A stretch of DNA of 64,000 bases. It comes from Hydrurus foetidus (lineage: Eukaryota). Under the pieces are notes generated by a model. The model saw only the letters and a program-made list of their open reading frames with translations, was not told where the DNA came from and did not search any database. The stretch is taken from NCBI GenBank assembly GCA_900617105.1, contig UYFQ01000078.1, positions 1 to 64,000 on the forward strand, read 5' to 3'. Every line of letters begins with the position of its first letter. Position 1 is the stretch's first letter. Positions 28,204 to 51,372 of the stretch are shown here, piece by piece. The translations under genes and the position numbers were made by a program.

Positions 28204-31200
28204 TCAGTAAACTTTTATTTCTCTTTTAACGGATTCAATCGTTTGCTGTCCGTCTTTCTCGCTAATTTCCACATCAGTGCTATTATGAATATCATTGCTG
28301 TTATTATCATTTTTACCATCACCACTATTGTAATTACTTATATTGTGATCCATAATGATCGTAACTAATCGGTCCGATGCGACTAAGCGATCTTCTAAAC
28401 AGCAACTATCGCCGCGCAGTATGAAGGTCTGACAGAACACCCCTACAGCTGTCGCCCAGTTTGAGTCCCCTTCATCCTGTGGATTGGAGTCGCATAATCG
28501 GTACCTGGACGAGGATCGAACTTGTACCCTCAGACAAAGTTGAGATTTAATATATTCCGTTTCTTCCGGATAGTCTGCGGACCTTGGGTCAACCGATCCC
28601 GACCCTCCGCCCCGACTACAGACACTCTCTTCATCTCTATCCCTATCTCTGTCCCTCTCTCCATCATCCTTTCTCCTATACACCCCCCCTCCCCCTGTTC
28701 TCTCCTCTTCGTACTTTTTCTTCAGATGCTTGCTAGGCGTGTTTAGTAGTCGACTAAAGAATCCGCTGCTGCCTGTGCTTATAGTAGAAGAGTCGTTCAC
28801 ATGGGACGTATTTCCCGTACCGGTTGACTGGGAACGAGACCGACCCCAAGTAGGTGACATTGGGTAGTCGTCATCGGGTTGTACGGAGTCACATACGTAC
28901 GTAATGTCGCCATCACCACCTCGAAAGTTATTATTATTACCGCTTGACACACTTCCGTTAATATCTTCCCGTTTATTCCCGCTATTACGGTCAGAACCGC
29001 GAAATATTTTTTGGTGCGTATTAGATTCTTTCGAGCCTCCTCCGCTCAAATTCAAAGAGTGCGAAAGAGATTGAGATTGTGCTTGCGCTTCAATGATACC
29101 GCTTATCAGCGTTCTCTCCTTCTTCGCTTTATCTCTACTCATTTCTTCTCTTTCTTTTATAGTATTCAATCCATTCTGACTGCCCATACCTCCCCCTCCC
29201 ACTACCCCTCCTCCCTTTCCTACTATCTGTCCCATTTGCATGGGATTCCACTGATCGAGGGCACTTGCTCTCGGCGCAATTATGCCAGATCCAGCCGTAC
29301 CAATTTTAGTTGGCCGTGACTTTTTGTCCGGGGAAGCCGGAGCAGAATTTAGTTTCTGAAGATATTCGTATCGCATTTGCGGAGATGAAACATCTAATTC
29401 TGCGATGGTGTCCAAGTTGCGAGGAGGTGGGTACGTCATCGATTTTCCTACGAAAGTGAATTGTAAAAGGGTTGAGGAAGAAACGATTGGAAAATAGAAA
29501 ATATGAAGATGAAGTATATTTTGTGAGTAAAGTGGAATAGTTGTAAGTCATGGAGTCTATGCTAGAGAGAGGGCGAGGAAAAAAAGAGAGGCAGAGCGAG
29601 GAAGAAAAGAGAGACAGAGCGAGGAAAAAAAGAGAGACAGAGCGAGGAAGAAAAGAGAGGCAGAGCGAGGAAAAAAAGAGAGACAGAGCGAGGAAGAAAA
29701 GAGAGACAGAGCGAGGAAAAAAAGAGAGGCAGAGCGAGGAAGAAAAGAGAGACAGAGCGAGGAAGAAAAGAGAGACAGAGCGAGGAAAAAAAGAGAGACA
29801 GAGCGAGGAAGAAAAGAGAGACAGGGCGAGGAAAAAAAGAGAGACAGAGCGAGAAAGACAAACACGGAGAAGAGAGTAATGTGTGCAGTAAAAGCATTCA
29901 CAAACGACATCTACAACTCAGTCTGACCTGACACACCTTGTCCTTTGACTGCCACTGGAGGCGCGGCTGTCCTCACAGATCTGGGGGGTTTAATATCGCC
30001 CTTGGAAAGGGGGGTAGAATTACGGGAACCGTTTTCGTTCTCCTCCTCCTCTTCTTTCTCCCCATCTTTTTCTCTCTCCCTCCCTTCTCGACCACCTTCA
30101 CTCCTCGCTCCTCTTTCCCTCACTTTTGCACTTTTCTCTCCACCTGTTTTTTGAAGACCGTTCCTGAACCTTTCAAGCTCCCGTTCCTTTTCTCTTTCTT
30201 TTTCCCTCTCAATCTCATCTTGTTCCTCCTGAGCTTGTCTTATTCTTTCTTTAATTCTTTCCTTCATTTTCAAGACATCTCTCTCACTGTCTCGATTGTC
30301 TGATCTGATTTCACCTTTTTCTTTTTCTCTGTCTTTTCCTTTTCCACTTCCTTTCTCTTTTTTCTTTTCTTTTTCGCTCCCACTTCCATCCCTTCGTACA
30401 TCATCTGAGTCGCATCGAGAGTAGTGCGTCTTCATGGACAAATTATCCATACTAGGTGAGATATCGGCAAATGGAGAGGTAGTAGAAAAAGTAGGAGAAG
30501 ATGGTGATGAAGTGGTCGGATTGTAGACGGCCATTCTTGACTGACGTACTGAGGAAGAATTGGGTGAATGATGCACTAAATTTTGCAAATCTTCGTGTTC
30601 GGAACAATAGGGGGACTGGGGAGAGTGGGTCGGGGATGTAAAGTCGACGTTACCATTTTCCACATTTAGCCGTATTTGAGGGGAATATGGTATAATTGGT
30701 TGGCGGGGAATACCGCTAGTTGATGTTGAAGTTGTTGTTGAAGTGTGTGCGGAGGAAGAAGAAGAGGGGACGGGCATTTGCACTGAAGTTGAACGAACAT
30801 TCCGCAGAGCTGATAATATTTCAGAATTGTCCGAACGTACGTCATGATGATTGTTAGTACGTACGTCCTTATTCTCATTTTTACTTTCCAGATTTTCAAA
30901 TCTTGAGACATCTTTCTTATTAATATTGTTACTGTTGTTGTTTTTTGTGTTGTCGGTTTCGCTTTTGAATGAGTTTCTGCAGGATGACAGCACAGAGGCG
31001 GGGTTGGAGTGACCACGCAGAAACCGGGAAACGCGATTTTCGGATTTGCAAAATCCCAAATGCTGGAACGGTAGGACAGATAAGTAGAGCACGTTTAGAT
31101 GAAAATTAAGTGCATCAAGGAGATAGTAGTGTAGTGTCGAATTTCCAATACGATTAGAAAGGGAAGCGAATATACCCTCTTTCAAATTGAGAGCATTTGA

Positions 31201-34200
31201 TAAATCAAGCGATGAAGTGAATTGTCTTTGTGAATAAATACGTACGAAACCAGATAAAAACTGACATTCTACTTTTTCAAACCCGACTGTAACAATAAAT
31301 AACGTAATACTGCAAAGTAAATAAATAAATAATTAGGTTAACAAATTCATAAATGGTATTTTTACCTTTTCGAATTCTGCTCCTTCCGATTCTTCTTTGT
31401 CTAGACTGACGTCACCGTAACAACTAGTGCGTATGAGGTCTTCTAAAGAACCCTCGATCTCGTCTACAAGGAATTTTTAATCGGTGATTGGTGATATTAA
31501 TGTTTGCTACAATGTTTTGTTTTTATTTGTGTGTGATAAAATGTGTTTCGTTTTTTGTATCACAAGTTGTGTTACGTTTATTACATATACATTGTTGAAT
31601 TTATCATATTTAATAAATCATTTATCTAAATACAATCACATCACAACTTCGACAAGACTATAAAAATATATACGTACCTCCCATATAGATTTCCACTGAG
31701 CCATCTGAGTCGATGTTATCTTCTTCCATTTCGTCACTGCTCAAATCATCCCAATTATCATACGCTAAAAAAAAAGAGAAAAAGAAAAAGAGAAATGAAT
31801 AAAAAGGTATGGACGTGAGTAAAAACATGGAAGTAATGAAAGAAGGAGGGAAAAAAGATAAATGGAATGAAGGAAGAAAGAAAGAAAGAAAAGAAAGACA
31901 GGAGGAAGGATAGGAGAGATGAAAGAAGTACAGATATACAAAAGAATCAGTTTGCTAGAATTGATTTTGTACAGTACAAAAGAATCAAACACATAGGACA
32001 GCAAATAAATGGAGATGAGGAAAAATAAAAAAATAAAAAACTCACAAAAAGATAAAAATTACAAAATAAAAATAAAAGCAAGAATAAACACAAAAATAAT
32101 GGAAGTAACGAAATACATCAAAAACGAAATAAATGGTGAAAAAGGATTACAAACTCACCCAGCAAATCAGCATCCGAGCAACCCCTCATAACCCTTCCCA
32201 TGTTGTCTTCTAATCCGCTACCCAGAGAAGTACGTACGGGTGTCTGTACGTCTTCCGTAAGTACGTGCAACCGTGGCGTGGAATTCAACCCAAGGTCCAC
32301 GTTTTGTTTTCTCATTGTTGTCGGACTGGATTCGTTAGTCGTAGTTGAAGTTAGAGAAGTCAGCGAGACATGCGGATCGGGCGGTACGTGCCAACCGTCC
32401 GTTTCATTAACTTGATTGGAATTGTGAAAAAATAAAGATCTTAAAACTTTCGAAGTCGACTTATGCCCGTCTTTTTCTCTGCACTCTTTTTCCGTCTCTT
32501 TTCCTCGTTCTTTATCTTCCTGCGGATTGCCGAAAAACCGTCTCCTTGCCGCACTTTTTATTCCCGATCGTCTTGACTCACTGACTACATTTAATTTCAC
32601 CCTATGAAGTAGTAAACAGTGACAATCATACGGTGTTAAATCATGAACTAAAACAATTTCTTGCCTCGTGTGGTTCTTTCAGTGGTTTACAAGAGTGTAA
32701 TGTTCACCACATTCATTCATTCAATTTAATTCAATCTGACGAAAACTCTTGTTCTCAAAATTGACAACTGAATGATTTTCATTGAAATCACAGGCACGTA
32801 CACATAGTACAGTACGTACCTAGACCCGTCCATGTTTACCCCCGTAAGTTGCGACTGCCCGGGCCCCTTACCGGTTCCGTCCTCCCTCCCCGAAATATCC
32901 GTATAAGAACTATGGGTGCGAGAATTTTTATGTGTGCCGCTTTCCGGGTGTTTTCTTTTGGGGGATGTTGGGGGTGGGTGGAACTTGACGTCTATCACGT
33001 CTATTGTCAGTTCTAATGGATCCGCTTCAACACCTAATAATGTCATAAGCATCAAATTATTGTCAGTGTTGTTGCGTGGTGGTTGTACGTCATTCAGTTC
33101 ACTATAATACACATTCATTCACCACTTCAGCTATTTGATGCAATTCCCACATTAGATGATAGTTATTCATACGTAGCTGCATTACCTAGTGGGGTGAGAA
33201 TTGAAAAGTCCTGGTCTTTATCTCGCAGCAACGTATCGATGCAGAAGTACGTATCTCCTCCACTTTGAGTACTAAAATAAAAGACGGAAAAAAAGAGACA
33301 AGAAATCAAAGTGAAAAATAAAAATAAAGAAGGGATAAAAAGTACAGAGAGAGTTATGTTAGGAAGAAAAGCTTGAATTTAGCGGGGAATGGAACAGTAG
33401 GCACATGCGCGTACATCAGTACGTGTGCAAATGAAAACACATGTACTACAAGTCCGATGTGTACAACAAAGGAACATAACTCGCAGGTGATAATAGTTGT
33501 ATGTACGGCGTACGTACCGATTACTCAGTGCTAGGATTTCTCTGGAGTGCACTAGAGCGAGTGACTCAGAAAGTCGAAAACCGGATGTGGCTTTACTGGA
33601 ATCTGATCCAAGTGCCGTCCCAGTTCCTCCCTCCTCTTCTCTGCCTTCAGCAGAAGCCCACTGACTGACGTCACTCGATGTGACGTGCACGGACAGAGAT
33701 GTTCGTAAGACTGATGGTTGTTGTAGACTGATTCTCGTATTGACACTTTCATCGCCACTACCAAGTTCTCTACTATATTTTCGAGACCGTGTAGAGCCCC
33801 CACCCCCACTACCTCGTTCCACCTCTTTTCCCCTTCTATCGTCAAATTCTCTCCCTTCTCTTCCTTCTTTCGATGAACCCACATAATTATTTTCATTACC
33901 ATCTGAATAATTCTGTCGTGAATTTCCTGGAATCTTCGATCCTAGTTCTACAATATTATTTACTTTCTCAATTACTTTATGGGAGAAATTCCCCATGCTT
34001 TCTGACCGTTTCAGACTGTTGGAATCGGTATAATTAGGTGAGTTACAATTGAGACTTTTCGGCCTGTCTTTATTGTTGCCGTTTCCTTGTGTGTTGTATG
34101 ATCTGCCTCCAGGCGAACGAGAACGATCGGCCATCTAAATAAAAAAGAAGAATCATGACAAAATAATAAGATAAATTACCCACGAAATGTGATATCTGAA

Positions 34201-37200
34201 TTAAAGTGAAATATGCAAAAGGTAAGAAAAGATGAGAAGAAAAAATTATAAATGACTACAAATTAAAATAGCCGTATTTAGCCGTACGTACCGCAGCATC
34301 GTGTCGGTCATAGCGGTTTCTATTTCTGTTTCTCGCGGATGACATTGCCTGCGCTTCCCCCGCAGCCACAGCTTGTCTGAAACGATTGAATTGAAAATAG
34401 AAGTACGTATGAACGTACGTACGTATGTGTGTGCGGTAGTTAGTAAATGGACGGTACACAATAATTTAAAAAAATGGTGTGATAAAATTAAATACTTTAA
34501 TTCTATCAAAGTGTAATAAAAAACAAAACATCAGTGCTCAATAGTCATCGTCAGTGCATGAAAGAATCCCAACGCACTGATGACGAAAAAGATATGCGGC
34601 CATAAATAATAATTTTCTAACACGATGCAAATACATAACAATAATAAAAAATATTATTTTGATAATTGTAAATTCAAAATAGGTCTATTATAGTAATGAC
34701 TCACGGCATAATTAACCGGAATGGAATAGTCCGTTAAAATTTGGCCGGATTATATAGTAAATTACCAGGGTCTACTCGTACAGAATATTGTTACACTATT
34801 ACCTGCACTGGTAATCGGGTGACGCTGCATAAGCTTTGAGCAGTTCCGCTTTGTCTAGCAGATGACGCACTAGCGCCCCTAACACGCCTTCCGCCCCTCT
34901 ATCTCCTCCCGATATTATCTCACCTACATTGCGTTAGTTTGCGTTGATTTGATTTGATTTGTTGGAAAGGGTTTTGGATGTTTTTTATAGATAGATAGAT
35001 AGATAGAGAATTGTGAATGTTGAGTTCAATGTTCTATGTCCAAAAGGCAATGATGGATGCGCCGTAAAATAAAAAACTCTAGAACCCCAGATTTGGGTAT
35101 AGAATTTTGAAAAATCTCTCCAGGTCTCTTGTCTAAATCCCAGAAACCCAGAAATCCCAGATTCTAAATCTGGGGTTTAGAATTTACGGTCGCACCCACT
35201 GTATTTTGAAGCAATATGTGTCTATTTTGAAGTAGATGATTTCGATTAAATCGAAAGTAGTATTATCATTGCAATAATCATAGTGATGACGGCAATAATC
35301 TCAAAGGGCAATGTTCAATGCCAGACTGGATTTGCTGTTAAATAAGAATTGACAATGAACACATTTCAACAAATAGCCATGACACATGGAACAATATCGA
35401 ACTGCACATTGTACAATGTAACATATGAACAAATAGCAATATGTACCACAGTGAAAATAAAAATAAATATAAACTACGAAATTGTGTGAGAAAACACTCA
35501 TTTTTAGTTCTAGACTAACCGTCAATCAGGAGGGCATCTCTTTGCATGTCTTTCCACGCCTGGTTCCTCCTTTCAGTGATGGACCTTGGGTGGAATCAAT
35601 CAAAAAATAATTTAAGATTATTTCAATAGGATTATCTCAATAAGACTAATCAAGAATTATTCAGCGAGTGACACTTGATGAGTGCAATGGTTGCATGGGG
35701 GAGCAATATGAAACTTCGATGCCACTTAGTTACACTGCACGGGCATAACATGACGATGTATAATTCATGCATTACATGAGTACTAAATAACGAATCTAAA
35801 CACATACATCTTAAGTCTATTACAGAAACACATAAAAGAAAAACTAAACAAGACAACGAAATATCAATAAAACAGAATAAAAAAAGCTAACAGATTTCAA
35901 ATATAATTGTCAAACCTTCTGGGAGTTATGTTCATTTCAAAATCCTTGGGAACATCTTCGATCTTAGTTGTTGTCGCGCCAAAACATTTACTCGTAGAAT
36001 GATTCTAAAAAAGAGAAATAAAAGAAGAAGAATGAAAATGAGGAAAGAATGAAGGAAAAATGAAGTTGTAAGATTACAAAAAGAAAAGAAAAGAAAAGCG
36101 CGGCGGTTTGATATGGTAGGATAAAGTTGGATTGGTGACAGATGAGACAGGGGCAGGACTGTCGTAGAAGTAAGCATGGCAAGAATAATGTATAGGATAT
36201 TGGTGGAGGTGCAATAAGAACGATCCAAATCATTTTAAGCCACATGTTCAATCGTGAAAACAGAATAATAGTGAGAAATGCAGAGTGCAATAAATAAACA
36301 AAAAAGACAAGTGAGGAAGTTCGAAAGAGGAGTGAGAACATTAAAAAGTGAAATGAAGGAATATAAAAAAGCGAAGTGAGAAGTAATTAGAAAAGAGTAC
36401 TGACCTTGACGAAGAAAACAGGTACGGTGATTCTGAATTTGATTCCCCTCAACTGATCAATGATGTGTCGATAACTCCCCACCCCCTCCACAGACTTGAT
36501 AACATGCATGATCGCACAATATCTCGATATCTCATCAGCATATGGAGCAGCAGCTCCAACTCTTGAAGTTAGGGAAGAGAACGTACAATGTGTGTCACTT
36601 TCACCCGTACTTACGGACTGTTCTAAAAGGCTTCTCATAGAGTTCCTAGGGGCGTTTAGAAGACACTCTTTGGAAGGTTCTAGAAATCTTTGCGGTGACT
36701 TTGACATGGCAGAGTTTATCGATAGTATCCACGCGTCTCTGTCTCGAACACTTCCTGCTTGCCATAGTCGCCTACTCCCTCCCCTCATGCTCAACTCAAA
36801 CACACAGTCACCGTCCTTTTCACGCATTTTCATTACTTGGCAGTAGCACACATCCATTGACAGTGGAATGTTCTTCGTAGGAACTTTCTTCGTTCCCGAC
36901 ACGTCATCCTCATAACAAAAATATCCGTGTCGCAATTCAACGAATTTCGTTTTCCACACGGACGAGACAGATGCGAACGTTCCGCCCTTCGAAGCTTTCT
37001 TCAACCATCCAAACCGAATGTTATCTTCTCTGATTGTTCTATTTCCACAGTTTCCTGACGTTTGTTCTGTTTTTCCTTTTGTCCTGAAGAAATCCGCTGT
37101 GTTATATATTGCTCGCAATTTCTCGTGATTATCGTCCAACGGTGATATCTTGTATTTCGCAGATGCAGCATTGTTCTCTTCGTCAAGTAATTGTAACGCT

Positions 37201-37741
37201 GCACGGAGAAATATTGTTTTTTCCCTGTCATTATTTATCCTCATAACTTCATCTTCCGAAAATATGGAATTCTCTGATCGCATAGAATCAGGTCTCCTAG
37301 ATCCCTCATCTCTATCCTCAGATGTTCCTAATGTATCTCCATTGTCGTTGTTTCGATCTTCAGGTGTATCAGCAGTAGCTGTTCTGACGACACCGAGGAG
37401 GACGTCATCGATATCAGAAACTTCCACAGAACATTCCTGGTTGCTCAACAGACTTTTGACTCTGATTTCATCAATTAAGTATATGATAATTTTTAATATC
37501 GCTGCTATTAACAACTTTGTCTTATTCATGGTAGGAAAGAGAGAAGAATTAACATATTCCTGGATATCTGGATACGATGTCAACATTATCAGAACCGCAA
37601 TATAATCGCAAGTACAATAATCGGTGGTGAATCTTAATTGAATCGACACAAGAGACCTTGACATTGAAAAGTGAAAGACTACACAACTTACCTAAACTTC
37701 TTCGTCTTCTCCACCTTGGGAGATTTTGAGAGAGTCAACAT
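28204..37741 (-). CDS. Large multi-exon PH-domain protein with low-complexity S/E/K/R regions; start uncertain
   Basis: PH domain GWLKKASKGG...WKTKFVELRHG...FELSMRGGSRRLWQAGSVRDRDAWILSIN in 36387-37664. Downstream exons (WKDMQRDALLIDG, ILALSNR/TQSGGDTY, LRVQVRSSSRYRLCD) are bounded by GT-AG sites. Confidence 0.7.
29563..29860 (+). repeat. Intronic 23-bp minisatellite (CAGAGCGAGGAAGAAAAGAGAGA)n
   Basis: About 12 copies; gives a 23-aa periodicity in the spurious ORFs. Confidence 0.88.
35048..35201. mobile_element. Degenerate MITE-like foldback in an intron
   Basis: GGATGCGCCGTAAA...TCTAGAACCCCAGATTTGG matches the reverse complement of CTAAATCTGGGGTTTAGAATTTACGGTCGCACCC. The right end ...CCCACTG-TA resembles Tc1/mariner. 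Confidence 0.5.
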
Positions 37742-38472
37742 AATATATCGTACGCTGTCAGTTCACATCACCCATCGAAAACAGTAGACGAGGCTCTAAA
37801 AAAATCGGTCGTCTTTGTTTCGATGTAAAACGAGCCCTTGTTCCACAACGAAAATTTACAAGAAGAATTAATTACTGCTTATGAAATAGAGAAGCCACGT
37901 GTGAACCATGAAGTGGAAGCCATCAATCTATGCCAGCGTGACGGCGATCATCTTCAGCCGATTTAATCGTTCGAGCTAAGATCGATGAAGTAGTTCCCCT
38001 CGAGGAGTCTCAGAAGTTAAAGGTCATAGAGGGCCCGATAACTACTCAGTTCTCAGATCAGATCGCAGTGTGAATAATTCATAACGGGTAGGCAGCAGTG
38101 AGGTCGTCACACTTGCCTCCGAAGTCGCAGCCTTTGACGGTTAACAAAGCAGGGGGTCCGATCCAAGATCCGAATCTTCACTCTAATCTCTGAGAACCCT
38201 CCGGTTTAGAACATTAAATGTTTTTCCAGTAAGTAGTACTAATGTCATGTGTTTGAGTACGTCTTTAAAGAATACTCCGCTCCACAGTCCACAGTCCACA
38301 GCGGACAGCAGACAGCAGACTCTGAAGCTCACATCTACCAGTATTTCCAGAGAGTTCAACTAGGAATTGCTTGAGGAGAAGAGAAGAGAGCTGGACTGTG
38401 CTCATCCTGCTGCATCAATAATTCGTTATTTGACCGTCAAATTTAAAGACAATTAGATTGGAAGGACCAATC

Positions 38473-49160
<10,688 letters not shown>

Positions 49161-49813
49161 GTTTGAGAATATTTGTGTTGTGGTCGCGGTGGAAGTACCG
49201 TGTAGATTTAGGCTTATTTTAGATGATTTTTTTAAGTTCGGAGAAACTTTGGGGTCTACACCTGCTCAGCAATTTTTTCTCGTTTTTGGTTATATAAAAA
49301 AAAAAGTAATCACAATGTGATATCAACTGAAAAAGAAGTCATTGAGGCAAGGGGGTACCCACTTGATTGAGGGATTGATCCAGTTCAGTCGTCTGACGGA
49401 CGTCTCAGACTATTTGATGCGATTTAAGAAAAGAGACGACAGAGTACTCAGTGTCTGCGAAATTGTTCTCCCTCACTGATCTTTGCTTTTCATCATCCTA
49501 ACTCCAAAGAATCTCCTGGCTACATTCTTGATTACGGCCCTGAAATATATTTTAATGACTAGTGTGAAAATGTCCACAAGACTTCGGTTGAAAAATTTCA
49601 AAATATTTCCTACTGTACCGGTGCGGAAGTTGAACTGCCAACGGCTCGAATCGGTTCACAGCTGAAAATTTAGAATTTTAGGTGAAGCTACGATTTGACT
49701 TATGATCGATCACAACTTTCAAAATGCATGTGATTAGATTAGACGACACCATCAATCATCACCTCTTTGGTTGTAAGTTTTGACCTCTCTCGTCGACAGT
49801 TACAAACTTTAAT

Positions 49814-50458
49814 ATGTTGTCTGTCTCATGGAGAGCACTATGCTCAATCTTCATAATGGCTGCTTTTACGTCCCCTACTTCTGCTGCCAACGATGGTCCA
49901 CCGTCTGAAACAGTAATATGCGAAACTACTAAAGGGCGCTTAACGATTGACATCTACAGAGAGTGGTCTCCTATCGGTGCTGATCATTTCTTGGATCTTG
50001 TGAGAGACGGATTTCTTACGGACATAGCTTTTTTCAGAAGTGTTGATGGATTCCTAACTCAGTTCGGTATATCAGATAAAGCGGATAAGCTACATTGGCA
50101 TGACAATACAATTCAGGATGATCCGAACGTAGGAAAAGGAATTCTCAAGAATTATCTGAGCTTTGCTGGTGGAGGTGCGAATTCGCGAAGTACCCAATTA
50201 TTCATCGCTTTTGAAGATTTAGATTACCTTGGTTACGCGCCGTGGGAAACAGCATTTGGAAAAGTAGTTGAGGGGCAGAACGCATTGGACATGTTATATA
50301 GAGATTATGGCGATATTCCTCCTTTTGGAAATGGACCTGATCAGCACGAGATACATCGCCTGGGAAATAAATACATTTACGACAATTTTCCACATACCGA
50401 TTTCTTGCTAAGTTGCAGAATTAAAGGAAAAGTGCTGAGCGATGCGAGCGACTTATAA
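49814..50458 (+). CDS. Cyclophilin-type peptidyl-prolyl cis-trans isomerase with signal peptide; intronless
   Basis: Hydrophobic N-terminus, then CETTKG...WSPIGADHF...FFRSVDGFLTQFG...LSFAGGGANSRSTQLFI...WETAFGKVVEG. Confidence 0.9.
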   Translation: MLSVSWRALCSIFIMAAFTSPTSAANDGPPSETVICETTKGRLTIDIYREWSPIGADHFLDLVRDGFLTDIAFFRSVDGFLTQFGISDKADKLHWHDNTIQDDPNVGKGILKNYLSFAGGGANSRSTQLFIAFEDLDYLGYAPWETAFGKVVEGQNALDMLYRDYGDIPPFGNGPDQHEIHRLGNKYIYDNFPHTDFLLSCRIKGKVLSDASDL

Positions 50459-51372
50459 TATAGCAAAAGACAATTTAAGTGTCTGAAAATTGGGCGAAGG
50501 AAATTTGCTATTTCTTTTGTACTGAATTGTCATTTTCAGTTTTCAGCAAGTTACGAATAGTTCGCAGTCTTGATGAAGGTCCCTCCCTCCCTTGATGTGA
50601 TTTATCGTTTATTCTGACGACCGCATCGAGATGAAAACTCTCAATACTATTCACCGTTAAGAATGTTCTCGAACTGTTTTACGTAGATGACTTTATTGCC
50701 AATTTTCGATGTAATTGAATTACACTACCGTAATTACATACTTCCGCTCTATCAATACAATGTTAAGATTCAAAAGTATTCGTAATTAATTGAACATGAT
50801 TATGAAACATTTGCGAGGGCGAGGCAAATTACTATTTTTTCTACGAATAAATGATGAAAACGGTTATTTTGATATCACACCGCATCGCATACAATAATAC
50901 TGTTCATCAAAATGAATTTGTGGGAAGAAAAACTCACAAACTTTTCGAGACATTTGAGAGATCAGCCATCATCCATAATTTATCAAGTAACACTTGGTCT
51001 AAAATAAAATGTTGTATTTGATATTTGATGCAATATCAGATGCTTCCCTCTACGGTAAAGTAAACTGTAAACTGTGTGTACGGTTGACACGAAGTACCAA
51101 CTCCCAACCACAATCCGGCAAAGCTGACGAGCGAGCGATAAACTTCCTCGAAACGACAGTTTCGGTCGGGGTCACATTACGAACAGCGGCATTTCTGCAC
51201 TTCTGTCTACTAGAAAACGCCATTTGGTTGGTTTTTTTGTGTCAACTCGGAAGTTCTAGAGTTGATGAGCAAAAAGAAATTTGGAGGACGAAAAATTGTC
51301 AAAAGTATCAAAACTAAAGATAGCGTCTTTTTCACTCGTAATCTTCGATTTATCAAGAAGCTGACCATCGCG

